Under the pieces are notes generated by a model. It was not told where the DNA came from. It did no database searches and saw nothing but the letters and a program-made list of their open reading frames with translations. The translations under genes were made by a program, and so were the position numbers. Positions 37,608-47,390 of a stretch of DNA of 64,000 nt are shown piece by piece (within the stretch, counting starts at the first letter, position 1; each line of letters opens with the position of its first letter). The DNA is from Candidatus Zixiibacteriota bacterium (GTDB lineage: Bacteria > Zixibacteria > MSB-5A5 > GN15 > PGXB01), in NCBI GenBank assembly GCA_016933955.1, contig JAFGTT010000030.1, positions 21,362 to 85,361 of the forward strand. The letters run 5' to 3'.

Positions 37608-39209
37608 TTATTTTTTCCAAAATGACGGGCGGAGAGCCAGGAGAATAGTGAAAATTTCCAGTCTTCCAAGAAGCATGCAGATAATCAAAATCCATTTGCC
37701 GGGAATCGGTATCCAGGCATAAGTCTGGGTGGAGCCCACCCCGCTCAAACCCGGTCCGATATTGCCCAGCGTGGCGGCGACACTGCTGACGGAGGTCAAC
37801 AGGTCGGGAGTGAACAGGGTCATCAGGAGCGATCCCAGAACAAAAATCAACACAAAAAGCATGAAAAAGGCCCCGATATTTATGACCTGCTGTTCATCTA
37901 TATTCGAACCACCTATTTTGAGCGGGGCCACCAGATGAGGCCGAATCATTTTCTGGAGTTCTCGCTTGCCAACCTTGAAGACCACCATGATACGGATCAT
38001 TTTCATGCCGCCGCCGGTTGAGCCGGCACAGCCTCCCCAGAACATCAGAACCAGCAGACCGATCCGGCAGAAATCGGGCCATAGATCGAAATCCGCTGTT
38101 CCATAGCCGGTGGTGGTGACAATAGAAACTACCTGAAAAGAGACCCGCCGCATACTGCCATAGAGTCCTTCGATCCTTATCTGTTCATCGGCGACATGCT
38201 CGCGGAATTCCTCAACCGGTAGCGGGTCGTACTGGTAATGGGTGATCGAGTGATGAGCCGGTTTAATCCCTGTCAAATAGATAATCCCGGCGAATATCAC
38301 AATGGTTACCAGTACAGTCCCGGCATAAAACTGGAATTCACGGTTACGGCGGAAATCCCGAAAATTGCCGTGGATAACCCGATAATGAATTAGAAAATTC
38401 ATCCCCGCGAGAAACATGAAAAGAGTAATTACCCAGTCGATGAAATTGCTGTCATAGAATCCTATCGAGGCATTTTTAGTGGAAAAACCGCCGGTGGCCA
38501 TGGTTCCGAAAGTATGACAGAGAGCATCGAACCAGTCCATCCCGCCTATCATCAGAAGGATAGTCTCGATCAGGGACAGCAGGGCATAAACGCCCCAGAG
38601 AATGGCCGCGGTTTGAGCCAGCCGGGGCTGAATCCGCTCGGTTGTCGGACCGGGAACTTCGCCGCGAAACATATGATACCCGGAGACGCCCAGGGCCGGG
38701 AAAATGGCAATGACCAGAGTTATAATACCCATACCGCCCAGCCAGTGAGTCAGACTCCGCCAGAAAAGCAGTCCCCGGGGGACGATTTCAATATCGGTGA
38801 GAATGGTTGCCCCGGTGGTGGTGAAACCGCTGCATATCTCGAAATAGGCATTGGTGAAACTGAGAATAGTACTGCCAAACGAGTGCGACGATGTTTGCGA
38901 AAGAAAATACACAAAGAAGGGAATAGCGCCCCAGAACGCCAGAGTAACCCAGCTTAAGGTAACAATAGCAAAACTCTCCTTGATCCCTTCGAGTTCCTTG
39001 TCCGAGCGAAAAATAATCGAACATATAAATCCGGTGGCCGCTGATAACAGGATGGCGATAATGAAACCCGATTTTTCCGCATCACTGAATACCTCGGCGA
39101 CACCATCGGGGAAATTATAATAGAAAGAGATAGCCAGGGGAATCAGCAGAATCCCGGCCATGATTATCATTAACCGGGCGGTGATATAAAATACCGTCTT
39201 CTTATTCAT
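37608..39209 (-). CDS. trkH: Trk-type potassium uptake transporter, membrane subunit TrkH
   Basis: 533 aa. Four pore-loop selectivity-filter-like motifs (TTTGATIL, ATGGFSTKN, TTTGYGT, GGCAGSTGGGMKM). Confidence 0.85.
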   Translation of the reverse strand: MNKKTVFYITARLMIIMAGILLIPLAISFYYNFPDGVAEVFSDAEKSGFIIAILLSAATGFICSIIFRSDKELEGIKESFAIVTLSWVTLAFWGAIPFFVYFLSQTSSHSFGSTILSFTNAYFEICSGFTTTGATILTDIEIVPRGLLFWRSLTHWLGGMGIITLVIAIFPALGVSGYHMFRGEVPGPTTERIQPRLAQTAAILWGVYALLSLIETILLMIGGMDWFDALCHTFGTMATGGFSTKNASIGFYDSNFIDWVITLFMFLAGMNFLIHYRVIHGNFRDFRRNREFQFYAGTVLVTIVIFAGIIYLTGIKPAHHSITHYQYDPLPVEEFREHVADEQIRIEGLYGSMRRVSFQVVSIVTTTGYGTADFDLWPDFCRIGLLVLMFWGGCAGSTGGGMKMIRIMVVFKVGKRELQKMIRPHLVAPLKIGGSNIDEQQVINIGAFFMLFVLIFVLGSLLMTLFTPDLLTSVSSVAATLGNIGPGLSGVGSTQTYAWIPIPGKWILIICMLLGRLEIFTILLALRPSFWKK

Positions 39210-39223
39210 GGCTTGCTATCGAA

Positions 39224-40579
39224 TCACCGTGATAAAAAGAGCTTTTTGACCCGGGCAACGTTTTTGGAATAGGTGATTATGATCATTTGATCATCGGGCT
39301 CAATTATTGTATTGCCGTCGGGAATAATCATTTCATCACCTCTCAGGATAGTGCCGATAATGGAGCCTTTCTGGATTTTACTCCGGACATGCTGGAGCGG
39401 CCGTCCAGTGACCGGGCTGTTTTCGGCGGCCGTGATACGGATGGCCTCGATATTGAAATCCCGGATGCGGGCAATACGGCCGATTTGCCCCCGATTGATG
39501 ACCTCGAGGATTTCATGGGCTATGGCCAGACGAGGGTGAATGACATGATCGATACCGATCGAGGTGAACAACCGGTCATGTCTTAATTCATTGCAGACGG
39601 CAATTACTTCCCTGGCTCCTTCCGCCCTGGCCAGAAGTGATGACATAATGTTGTAATCGGTTTCTTTAGTAGCGCCCACAAAAAACTGGGCGTTGCGAAC
39701 ATAAACCTCATTGAGGATCGATGAATCAGTGCCGTCACCGCTGATAACCTCAACATTGTTCAATATTCCGGCGGCATGCTGAGCATGGATCGGGTCGGGA
39801 TCGATCAGGGTGACATTATTTACGAAATCCTTGAGCCGATCAGCCAGAAGGATCGAGGTTAGGCTGTCACCGCTGATGATGACATTGTCCACATCTTTGG
39901 CGGTCCGATTAAAGAGAGCCAGAAACTGCTCCATTGAGCCGCGCGGAAATATCCCGAAAATATCATCTCCCGCCCGAACTACGTAATCTCCATCGGGGAT
40001 ATGGCCCTGGCCATCCCGGATGGCGGCGATGAACAGCATCGGGTGATCGCGGGTATCCCGGCGGATATCCCGCAGAGAGCGGTCAATCACCGGCATTTGA
40101 TCGGTGACTTTGAAACCCCGCATGAGAACATTGCCGTTCTGAAAATTGGTGGCATCGGTTGCCCCTGGCGTCTCGATAAACTGGACGATTTTTTCGACCA
40201 GAACGCTTTCGGGATCGATTACCAGGGTGACACCCATATCCCCGATATCAATGGTGGCGTCATCGGAGCGAAATTCACTGCTCCTGATACGGGCGATCCG
40301 GGTGGGAACACGGTATTGCTTGGCGATGCCGCAGATCAGGATATTCAATTCATCGATCGGGCTGACGGCAATAACCATGTCGGCCGATTTGATACCGGCC
40401 TGTTCCAGCAATCGGGGCGAACTGCCGCTGCCGCAGAGTATCTGGATATCAAGCCGGTCGCCGATATTCTGACATGTCTGCGGATTAACCTCAATCAGGG
40501 AGACGTCGTGATGTCCGTCCTGCAGATGTTCCGCCAGACTGTAACCGACAATCCCTCCGCCAACTATGACTATTCTCAT
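39224..40579 (-). CDS. trkA: Trk potassium uptake regulatory protein TrkA (tandem RCK/NAD-binding domains)
   Basis: Two Rossmann GxGxxG motifs (VIVGGGIVG ... ISGDSLTSI). 451 aa. Directly upstream of trkH. Confidence 0.85.
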   Translation of the reverse strand: MRIVIVGGGIVGYSLAEHLQDGHHDVSLIEVNPQTCQNIGDRLDIQILCGSGSSPRLLEQAGIKSADMVIAVSPIDELNILICGIAKQYRVPTRIARIRSSEFRSDDATIDIGDMGVTLVIDPESVLVEKIVQFIETPGATDATNFQNGNVLMRGFKVTDQMPVIDRSLRDIRRDTRDHPMLFIAAIRDGQGHIPDGDYVVRAGDDIFGIFPRGSMEQFLALFNRTAKDVDNVIISGDSLTSILLADRLKDFVNNVTLIDPDPIHAQHAAGILNNVEVISGDGTDSSILNEVYVRNAQFFVGATKETDYNIMSSLLARAEGAREVIAVCNELRHDRLFTSIGIDHVIHPRLAIAHEILEVINRGQIGRIARIRDFNIEAIRITAAENSPVTGRPLQHVRSKIQKGSIIGTILRGDEMIIPDGNTIIEPDDQMIIITYSKNVARVKKLFLSR

Positions 40580-40740
40580 ACTTAACTTGTTAATTTCCAG
40601 CCATCGGTTGCCCTATATCCCCTCCATTTATATCCCAACCGGCGGGTCTTGTCAACATGTGTTTTTTATATCTGATCTTCATTAATCGACTCAATTAGGT
40701 TCTTGAATAAAATAAGGGTTATATATATTATTGAGATAAG

Positions 40741-41838
40741 ATGAAAAAATACCTGATCCCGATTATAATATATCTGGTATTCATTGCCCTTTATATCGGC
40801 ATCTCCCGATCCAGTCATAATGATTATCTCTTTTTACCGATCTGGGATATCCGGCATTATCTCGATATTTCCGAAATTGGCTACCAGGTTTATCCCTGTA
40901 CTCCGGGAGTGGATGGTTATGCCGGGCAGGTTTGCGGTAATTCGGGGTGGTTCCCGATGTGGCCCCTGACAGTTAAACTGATCCGGCCGCTTCTGGGAGG
41001 TTCCTCGAAAACGACGTTCATCGGGCTGGTATTTCTTTTCACCTTGCTTTTTTTTATTCTGCTTTTCCGCTTCATGGAACGTTACTACGGATTAAAGGCG
41101 GCAGTAATCACTCTGTCGGCCATAGCTTTCGGGCCGGCTTCATTTTATCTGCTGACAGGATTCCCTTATGCCCTGCTATGCCTGCTTCTTATGATCTATC
41201 TGCTTTTATTATATCACCCACAGACGATGGCAATACGGATCGGGCTGTTTTTAATCGCCCTGGCCATATCTCTGTCATATCCAACCGGTATATTGATGGC
41301 CCTGCTTCCGACGGTATATTTTATCGGCGAAGTGTCTGACAGGAAGCAATCATTCAGGTCGCCGGCAAATTGGATTAATCTGGCCGGGTATGTGGTCCCA
41401 TTTATTCTGGGACCGCTTCTGTTATGGCTGTACTTTTATTTGGAATACGATGATTTCTTCCTGCAACTTCATTTTCAAGAGAAGTATCACCGAACCTGGG
41501 CAATTCCCTTCTGGATCATGCTTAAAAGCCTTTTTAAAGAGCCTCTGGTCAGTCCGGAAAATCTTTCTATTCTGTGGTTCGGGCTGACTTTTATAATATT
41601 CTTTCCCTTCCGATTACGCCGGGAGTTGTGGATTCTGGGAATTGTCATGTACCTGTTTTCTCTGACGACCGGAACAACCATGTCGATTTATCGTCATTAC
41701 CTGATAATAATCCCTATTTACATGATAATCGGTTCCTCCGACCGGCCACTCTGGCTGAAAACCGGTTATATTATCCTGGGACTGTTGATCGCCTTGAAAG
41801 TGCTTTTCCCGCTTTTTATGGCCTATCGGCTGATGTAG
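40741..41838 (+). CDS. Polytopic integral membrane protein of unknown function
   Basis: 365 aa, ~9 TM helices. One Cys-containing periplasmic loop (YPCTPGVDGYAGQVCGNSGW). No family recognised. Confidence 0.35.
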   Translation: MKKYLIPIIIYLVFIALYIGISRSSHNDYLFLPIWDIRHYLDISEIGYQVYPCTPGVDGYAGQVCGNSGWFPMWPLTVKLIRPLLGGSSKTTFIGLVFLFTLLFFILLFRFMERYYGLKAAVITLSAIAFGPASFYLLTGFPYALLCLLLMIYLLLLYHPQTMAIRIGLFLIALAISLSYPTGILMALLPTVYFIGEVSDRKQSFRSPANWINLAGYVVPFILGPLLLWLYFYLEYDDFFLQLHFQEKYHRTWAIPFWIMLKSLFKEPLVSPENLSILWFGLTFIIFFPFRLRRELWILGIVMYLFSLTTGTTMSIYRHYLIIIPIYMIIGSSDRPLWLKTGYIILGLLIALKVLFPLFMAYRLM

Positions 41839-41903
41839 AAAAAGGATTCATTCCGGTTGATATGATTGTCTGATTCGATTATCTTGTATAATCGGTAAAT
41901 GGC

Positions 41904-44270
41904 ATGCAATATGGAATGAGGTCTGTTATGCTTAGAAAATGGATATACTTCCTTCTAATAACAATCTTTATGCTTTCAGGTTCAATATCGTTCGGGACAA
42001 CCCGAAAAACCGTTAAGATCGGTTATTTTGAGGCCGGCCCGTATTACATCCATAAACTGAGCCTGAGAGAGGTGAAAAATTCTCTGGAAATTATCAAACC
42101 GGACAGCCTTGAGTTAATCTATGAGCCTTATGCTTATCGGTCGGCCGGATGGGATCGGGCTCAATGCCGCCAAATGGCTTCAGAATATTTAAAAATGAAT
42201 GATATCGATCTTGTCCTGGCCGCCGGACCGTGGGTGGTTGGAGATTTGCTTGAAGCCGGATATAAACGACCGATTGTGGGGATATATCAATTCGATCCGG
42301 AAATTGCCGGGCAGGTTGATAGTGCCGGACGACCGGTGGCAAAAAATCTGACCGTGACATATTCGCCGGATAAATTAAAAAACGATCTGGTCGCCATGTT
42401 GAAGTTGTTTCCGGCTTCGAAAGTCGGGTTTATGTATTTCCCCGAGGCGGATGAATTTGATAGATATCGGGCCAAGTTTGAAGGTCTGGCTTCGGAACTA
42501 GGGCTGAAAGCCTATGGGACGGAAAAATATAATGATTTCGGAGTGTACAGCTTTTTTGCCGCATACCATGATATCCGGGATAAAATTGATGTTCTCTATG
42601 TTCCGCCCTTATATGGAATGGAACTGGATCAGATCAGGTACCTGTTCCAGGAAACTCAGTACTCCAGTATCCCGACCTTTTCCGCCGAGGGATTGGTGAT
42701 ACTGGAGAAAGGCGCGACTGCGGCCGATGCGGTTCGTCCTTATCGTTCTGCGGCCTTATTCATGGCCGATAAAATTCTGAAGATAATCGATGGTGCAGAA
42801 CCAGCCTCGTTACCGACTCATTTTGAAGAAGCCCGATCAGTCTGTCTCAATCTTAATGGGGCGAAACAGATGAAGCGGATTTTTGATCGCAAAGTGGTAT
42901 CAAATGCCCAAGTCATTCCTGAGGAACCGGACGAGTCGGTTCCGCGGTACACTCTGACTCAGGCCCTGGAATTGGGCGAACGCGAAAATACCGGTTTGCT
43001 GGCCTTGAGAGAAAGGTACCAAAGCGTCCTGGATGAGGCAAAGAAAGCATATATGGCTTTTGTGCCCGGTCTCAGTATCGGTTTGTCGGCAGCCACGACC
43101 GACAATGCGGCCCGGGCCGGAATTTATAATGATATTCTCAATCGGGAATATGCCGCCGATTTTATTGTCGACCAAAAGCTGTTCTCCTATCCCGCTATCA
43201 AGGCTGTTCAAGCAGCCGCCAAAAACCGCGAGTCGGAAAAAATGGGTCTGAAACAGGCCCGTCACGATTTGCGCCGGGCCATCACCCTGGCCTATATTTC
43301 GGTTCTGGAAAACGAGGAACGCCTGGAGATTTTTAATACTCTCACCAGTCGTCTCCACGATTACTGGGAAATTGCGATATCCGGAAATCAGTCCGGCCGG
43401 ATAGATACGCTTGATATTGCGCTGATTGAAGCACGGTTGGTTAAAACCAGAATCAAAGAAGCCGAGGCCCGCCATGAATTGAAAATAGCCCGACTGGTTT
43501 TTAATACTCTGATCAATCGCCCCGGCGAGGAAACCATGGTCCTTGACCGATCCGAATTTCTCCCGGAAAGGATGGCCATGCTGGCCCGAAAACTCGATGA
43601 GTTAACGGCCACCGATGATAAGTTGAAACAATTTGAGAGGTTTTTTATAAGGAATGGAATCGATAGTTCATTTACCCTGCAACAGGCCACTCTGGCTATC
43701 GATCGGCAGAAAGATATGATTTCAATAAATGGCAGGGGATATTTGCCTGATCTGAATCTTCGCCTGAAATATTCTCATGGGGGTTTGTTCCAGCCGGTAA
43801 CCGGGGATCGCAAGGACAGCTGGACCTTTGGCGGGTATCTGACCATTCCACTCCTGTCCGATCCCGGTCGGCATTATGACCGGAAGATACTTAAGGCCGG
43901 ACTCGACCGGTTAATGTATGAAAAAGACACCCTCAGGTTTTCGATGGTGCAGGATATATCGATCCGGGCCGATTACCTGGTGACCCTGGTCGGAACTTTA
44001 CCGACCGCCTATTATTCTCGAAATCTGGCCGCCGCCAATCTTGACAGTGTTTTTACCGGCTATCAGCGGGGGGATTTCAATATTATGGACCTATTGGCCC
44101 TCGAAAAGGATGCCTCCGCGACGGAATTCAGCCTGATCGAAAATAAATGTGGATTTTTTACTGCCTATGCCGAATTGCTGGAAGCTATCGGTGTCGATTA
44201 TCTCCCGGGAGGATCCCGGGCGGAAAGACAATTCATGATCGAATTGGAATCCGCCTTGTCCGGCCCATGA
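41904..44270 (+). CDS. Fusion protein: N-terminal periplasmic-binding-protein-like domain (ABC_sub_bind/COG2984-like) joined to a TolC-like outer membrane efflux protein (OEP)
   Basis: Signal peptide. ~300 aa alpha/beta PBP-like region (KTVKIGYFEAGPYY ... DVLYVPP). Then ~460 aa with the two-repeat OEP architecture and coiled-coil heptads (LTQALELGERENTGLLALRERYQSV ...). Confidence 0.5.
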   Translation: MQYGMRSVMLRKWIYFLLITIFMLSGSISFGTTRKTVKIGYFEAGPYYIHKLSLREVKNSLEIIKPDSLELIYEPYAYRSAGWDRAQCRQMASEYLKMNDIDLVLAAGPWVVGDLLEAGYKRPIVGIYQFDPEIAGQVDSAGRPVAKNLTVTYSPDKLKNDLVAMLKLFPASKVGFMYFPEADEFDRYRAKFEGLASELGLKAYGTEKYNDFGVYSFFAAYHDIRDKIDVLYVPPLYGMELDQIRYLFQETQYSSIPTFSAEGLVILEKGATAADAVRPYRSAALFMADKILKIIDGAEPASLPTHFEEARSVCLNLNGAKQMKRIFDRKVVSNAQVIPEEPDESVPRYTLTQALELGERENTGLLALRERYQSVLDEAKKAYMAFVPGLSIGLSAATTDNAARAGIYNDILNREYAADFIVDQKLFSYPAIKAVQAAAKNRESEKMGLKQARHDLRRAITLAYISVLENEERLEIFNTLTSRLHDYWEIAISGNQSGRIDTLDIALIEARLVKTRIKEAEARHELKIARLVFNTLINRPGEETMVLDRSEFLPERMAMLARKLDELTATDDKLKQFERFFIRNGIDSSFTLQQATLAIDRQKDMISINGRGYLPDLNLRLKYSHGGLFQPVTGDRKDSWTFGGYLTIPLLSDPGRHYDRKILKAGLDRLMYEKDTLRFSMVQDISIRADYLVTLVGTLPTAYYSRNLAAANLDSVFTGYQRGDFNIMDLLALEKDASATEFSLIENKCGFFTAYAELLEAIGVDYLPGGSRAERQFMIELESALSGP

Positions 44271-44272
44271 TT

Positions 44273-45694
44273 TTACCAGTCGGTCTTTATATTAACGAAA
44301 AGCGTCTTGCTGTCGCGATAAATGAAGAAGATAGCTTCTTCCGGCTTATCCTGGGCGAGCCTGGCAAAGGCCGTCTTGGCATCGATTACCGATGTTATTT
44401 TTTCTCCACCGATGGATTGGATAATATCGCCGGGGAACATCCCGCCGACCGAAGCCCAGCCACCCGGCTCAACTTCCTTAACCACTACCCCCTTAAAGGA
44501 ACGCTCGAGATTAAGAACGCTGTAATCAGCAAAAACCATGTCCCGGACGGTAAGTTCGAAATCGTCATTCTCATAATCGGGAGCTTCGGCCGGACTGATC
44601 GGAGCCTGGGCCAGAATAACATGGATATCCAGAGTGTCGATTTGACCGTCCAAACGACGCAGGATTTCAAAATCGATCGGGACTCCGGCCCCCATCTCGG
44701 ATATTTTTTTCTGAAAAATGGGCAGGTTATCTTCTTTATTAACTTCAATCGGTGTTCCCTGGAGACTGATAATAATATCGCCGGTCTTTATTCCGGCCGA
44801 ATCGGCCGGGGAATCCTTGACCACTTCATTGACAATGATTCCTCCCGGCGAGGTAATTCCCCAGAATTCCGCAATATCCGATGTCAGGGCCTGAAGGTAA
44901 ATACCCAGCCAGCCGCGATCAACTTTGCCTTGTTTGGGCGGATTTTCGATAAGCTTATTAAGCCGTTCGGCATCAATCAGTCCCAGTAAAGGCATGAAAT
45001 CATCAAATTGAGAAAACGATTCCATCATCCGCGAAGCATCGAAACCGCTTAAGGCGGGGTTTTCAAGATTACCCAGGACTCCAACCGCATTTCCCGAAGT
45101 GTCGTACATGATCGAAGTCAATTGCAGGGAGTTAAAACCGACCGTCAGAACGAATTCCTCGGGTGCACTGATATTGGCCGATACCAGGCCGATATCGGCA
45201 CCGAGATCGGGAGTCACGAAATCAGGAAGCAGGTAGTAAATCAACAACCATTCGCCAAGTCTGAATTTACCTCGACCTCTAAATTTGACATAGTCGAACT
45301 TGCGGTTATCGGAGGCGGTAATACGGCAGAAACCGATTTTGGTGAAACGATCGACCCCGATGAATTCGGCGGGATATTTGGTTCCATCCATCATGGTAAT
45401 TTCGATACTTTTCGGTTCGGCGCTGACCTGCATCCCGGCCATAGCCGACAAAGGATCATCGCTGTTAACAGAAGTGCCATCGAATAGAACCAATCCATCG
45501 GAGGAAACAACAGCTCCGATACCGCGGCTTTCGGCCTCGGTCGTTTGCATTCCAAACGAAACCTCGATCACCAGATCAACGGCAACGGTGTATTTCTCGG
45601 CATCCTGATAAATCCGATCGAAATTAAAATTCTGAGCCGAAACTGATCCGGCGGCGAGAATTATCAGGGCGGCTATTGAGAATATTGTTTTCAC
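44273..45694 (-). CDS. HtrA-like protein with two PDZ domains but a degenerate trypsin-like domain (predicted inactive pseudo-protease)
   Basis: Signal peptide. The protease-domain scaffold aligns to the downstream HtrA, but the His region reads LFDGTSV (not TNYHV) and the Asp region reads TKIGFCRI (not TDIAVIKL). PDZ motifs are retained (GWLGIYLQ ... GIKTGDIIISL). Confidence 0.5.
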   Translation of the reverse strand: MKTIFSIAALIILAAGSVSAQNFNFDRIYQDAEKYTVAVDLVIEVSFGMQTTEAESRGIGAVVSSDGLVLFDGTSVNSDDPLSAMAGMQVSAEPKSIEITMMDGTKYPAEFIGVDRFTKIGFCRITASDNRKFDYVKFRGRGKFRLGEWLLIYYLLPDFVTPDLGADIGLVSANISAPEEFVLTVGFNSLQLTSIMYDTSGNAVGVLGNLENPALSGFDASRMMESFSQFDDFMPLLGLIDAERLNKLIENPPKQGKVDRGWLGIYLQALTSDIAEFWGITSPGGIIVNEVVKDSPADSAGIKTGDIIISLQGTPIEVNKEDNLPIFQKKISEMGAGVPIDFEILRRLDGQIDTLDIHVILAQAPISPAEAPDYENDDFELTVRDMVFADYSVLNLERSFKGVVVKEVEPGGWASVGGMFPGDIIQSIGGEKITSVIDAKTAFARLAQDKPEEAIFFIYRDSKTLFVNIKTDW

Positions 45695-45695
45695 C

Positions 45696-47093
45696 TTATT
45701 GCTCCTCTATATTTTCTTCTTCAGCTTTACTTTGATGATCCACCTTGATCAACACGAATTTGATACTGCCGAAGTGTTTGACGGTTAACAGCACTTTCTT
45801 AGCTTCGGCCGACACCAGTTCATTGTAATTATCGACAAAGACTGAAAATTGCAGGGTCGGTTCCTCGTTGATCCCACGGATGACGTCCCCCGAGCGTAAC
45901 CCGGCTTCCTCGGCCGCACTGACCCGTTTGACCCCCGAGACAAAAACTCCCAGGGTATCCTCGAGTTGATTTTCCACCGCCATCTGTTTGGTGATGGCTT
46001 TGACCGTGAAGCCCCATTCCTTGCACTCCAGGTCTTCTCCCATGATTTCACCAAGAGCATGGGTGATAACATCGACATATATGGTCCGGTCATTACGCAT
46101 CACCGTCAATTCGATCCGGGAGCCAACCGGGCGGTCGGCGATTAATTTATAAAAAGCCGGAAGCTGTTCATCAAAACGGGCCGAAACCGGCTGGTTATCG
46201 ACCTTGAGAATAATATCCCCGGCCTGTAACCCGGCTTCCTCGGCCGGTGATTTTGAATCAATTGAAGCCACCAGGACGCCTTCATCGCGGTTGGTTCCAA
46301 ACCATCCCTCAAGATCCTGAAGGCTCTGACACTGGACGCCAATCCAGCTTCTGGTTACTTTGCCGTCCTTGAGAATCGCATCGATAACTTCCCGGACAAT
46401 ATTGCTCGGAATGGAAAAACCGATGTTGTTGGCGAACAGGGTGGCCCTGGAATTTATGCCGACAATGCGGCCCTTTAAATCGACCAGCGGGCCTCCGGAA
46501 TTGCCGGGATTGATGGCGGCGTCGGTTTGAATCCAGTTATTATAAATACCGGTTCTTTCGCCGGTTGGCAGACGGGTTTCGCCGGAAAAATAGCGATCGG
46601 TCGTCGAAATGACCCCCGACGATACTGAACGGGCCAGCGCCAGAGGAGAACCCATGGCCAGAACGAATTGCCCGACCTGGACCGAATCAGAATTGCCGAA
46701 TTCGGCAGTCTCGATGGTTCCCTTGTACTTCGAAAGATCAAGCTTGATAACGGCAATATCAGTAAGAGGATCGCCGCCGATAAGTTCGGCTTTAACCTGT
46801 TCTTTATCATATAAGGTACAAATAATCCTCTCGGCCTTTCCGGCTACATGATAATTGGTAACGACATAACCATCCTTGTGAAAGATGACCCCGGAACCGA
46901 CCACCGACTGCTTTCTCATTTTACCTGTCCGAAAATCCGTAATCACCGGTTGAATATGAACCAGGGCGGGCAAAACCTTATCCCGGGCCTTGTAAATATC
47001 ATTTTGCATGGAAAGAGGCGGTCCGGCCAGGACCGGGATCGACAGGAAAAATGTCAGGAATAATGCCGCTATCTGTTTCATCATGTACCTCAT
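45696..47093 (-). CDS. htrA: DegP/HtrA-family periplasmic serine protease with two PDZ domains
   Basis: TNYHVAG (His), DIAVIKLD (Asp) and GNSGGPLVD (Ser). Two PDZ domains. Signal peptide. Confidence 0.85.
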   Translation of the reverse strand: MRYMMKQIAALFLTFFLSIPVLAGPPLSMQNDIYKARDKVLPALVHIQPVITDFRTGKMRKQSVVGSGVIFHKDGYVVTNYHVAGKAERIICTLYDKEQVKAELIGGDPLTDIAVIKLDLSKYKGTIETAEFGNSDSVQVGQFVLAMGSPLALARSVSSGVISTTDRYFSGETRLPTGERTGIYNNWIQTDAAINPGNSGGPLVDLKGRIVGINSRATLFANNIGFSIPSNIVREVIDAILKDGKVTRSWIGVQCQSLQDLEGWFGTNRDEGVLVASIDSKSPAEEAGLQAGDIILKVDNQPVSARFDEQLPAFYKLIADRPVGSRIELTVMRNDRTIYVDVITHALGEIMGEDLECKEWGFTVKAITKQMAVENQLEDTLGVFVSGVKRVSAAEEAGLRSGDVIRGINEEPTLQFSVFVDNYNELVSAEAKKVLLTVKHFGSIKFVLIKVDHQSKAEEENIEEQ

Positions 47094-47390
47094 GTATATA
47101 ATTCATCAGCCGGTCATATCACCGGCCGTAGTGTCCTATGACAATAAGAAAGTTGTTGCGACCTTTCAAGTCTTAATTTAACAGCCCATCGGCAAAAAAG
47201 TTCACATAAAATACCGGAGGTGATTTTTTACCAATACCCTTCCAACATCCATATGTTAAAAATCCGCAGGATATCTTACGGCGGAATTGCTGCTAATAGT
47301 ATCGGACGGTCCAGCAATGATAAATGATATGCGGATTAATAACTGCCGATGAGACGGCGCAATCGTACCGAATATTCCTTTAAATCAATA

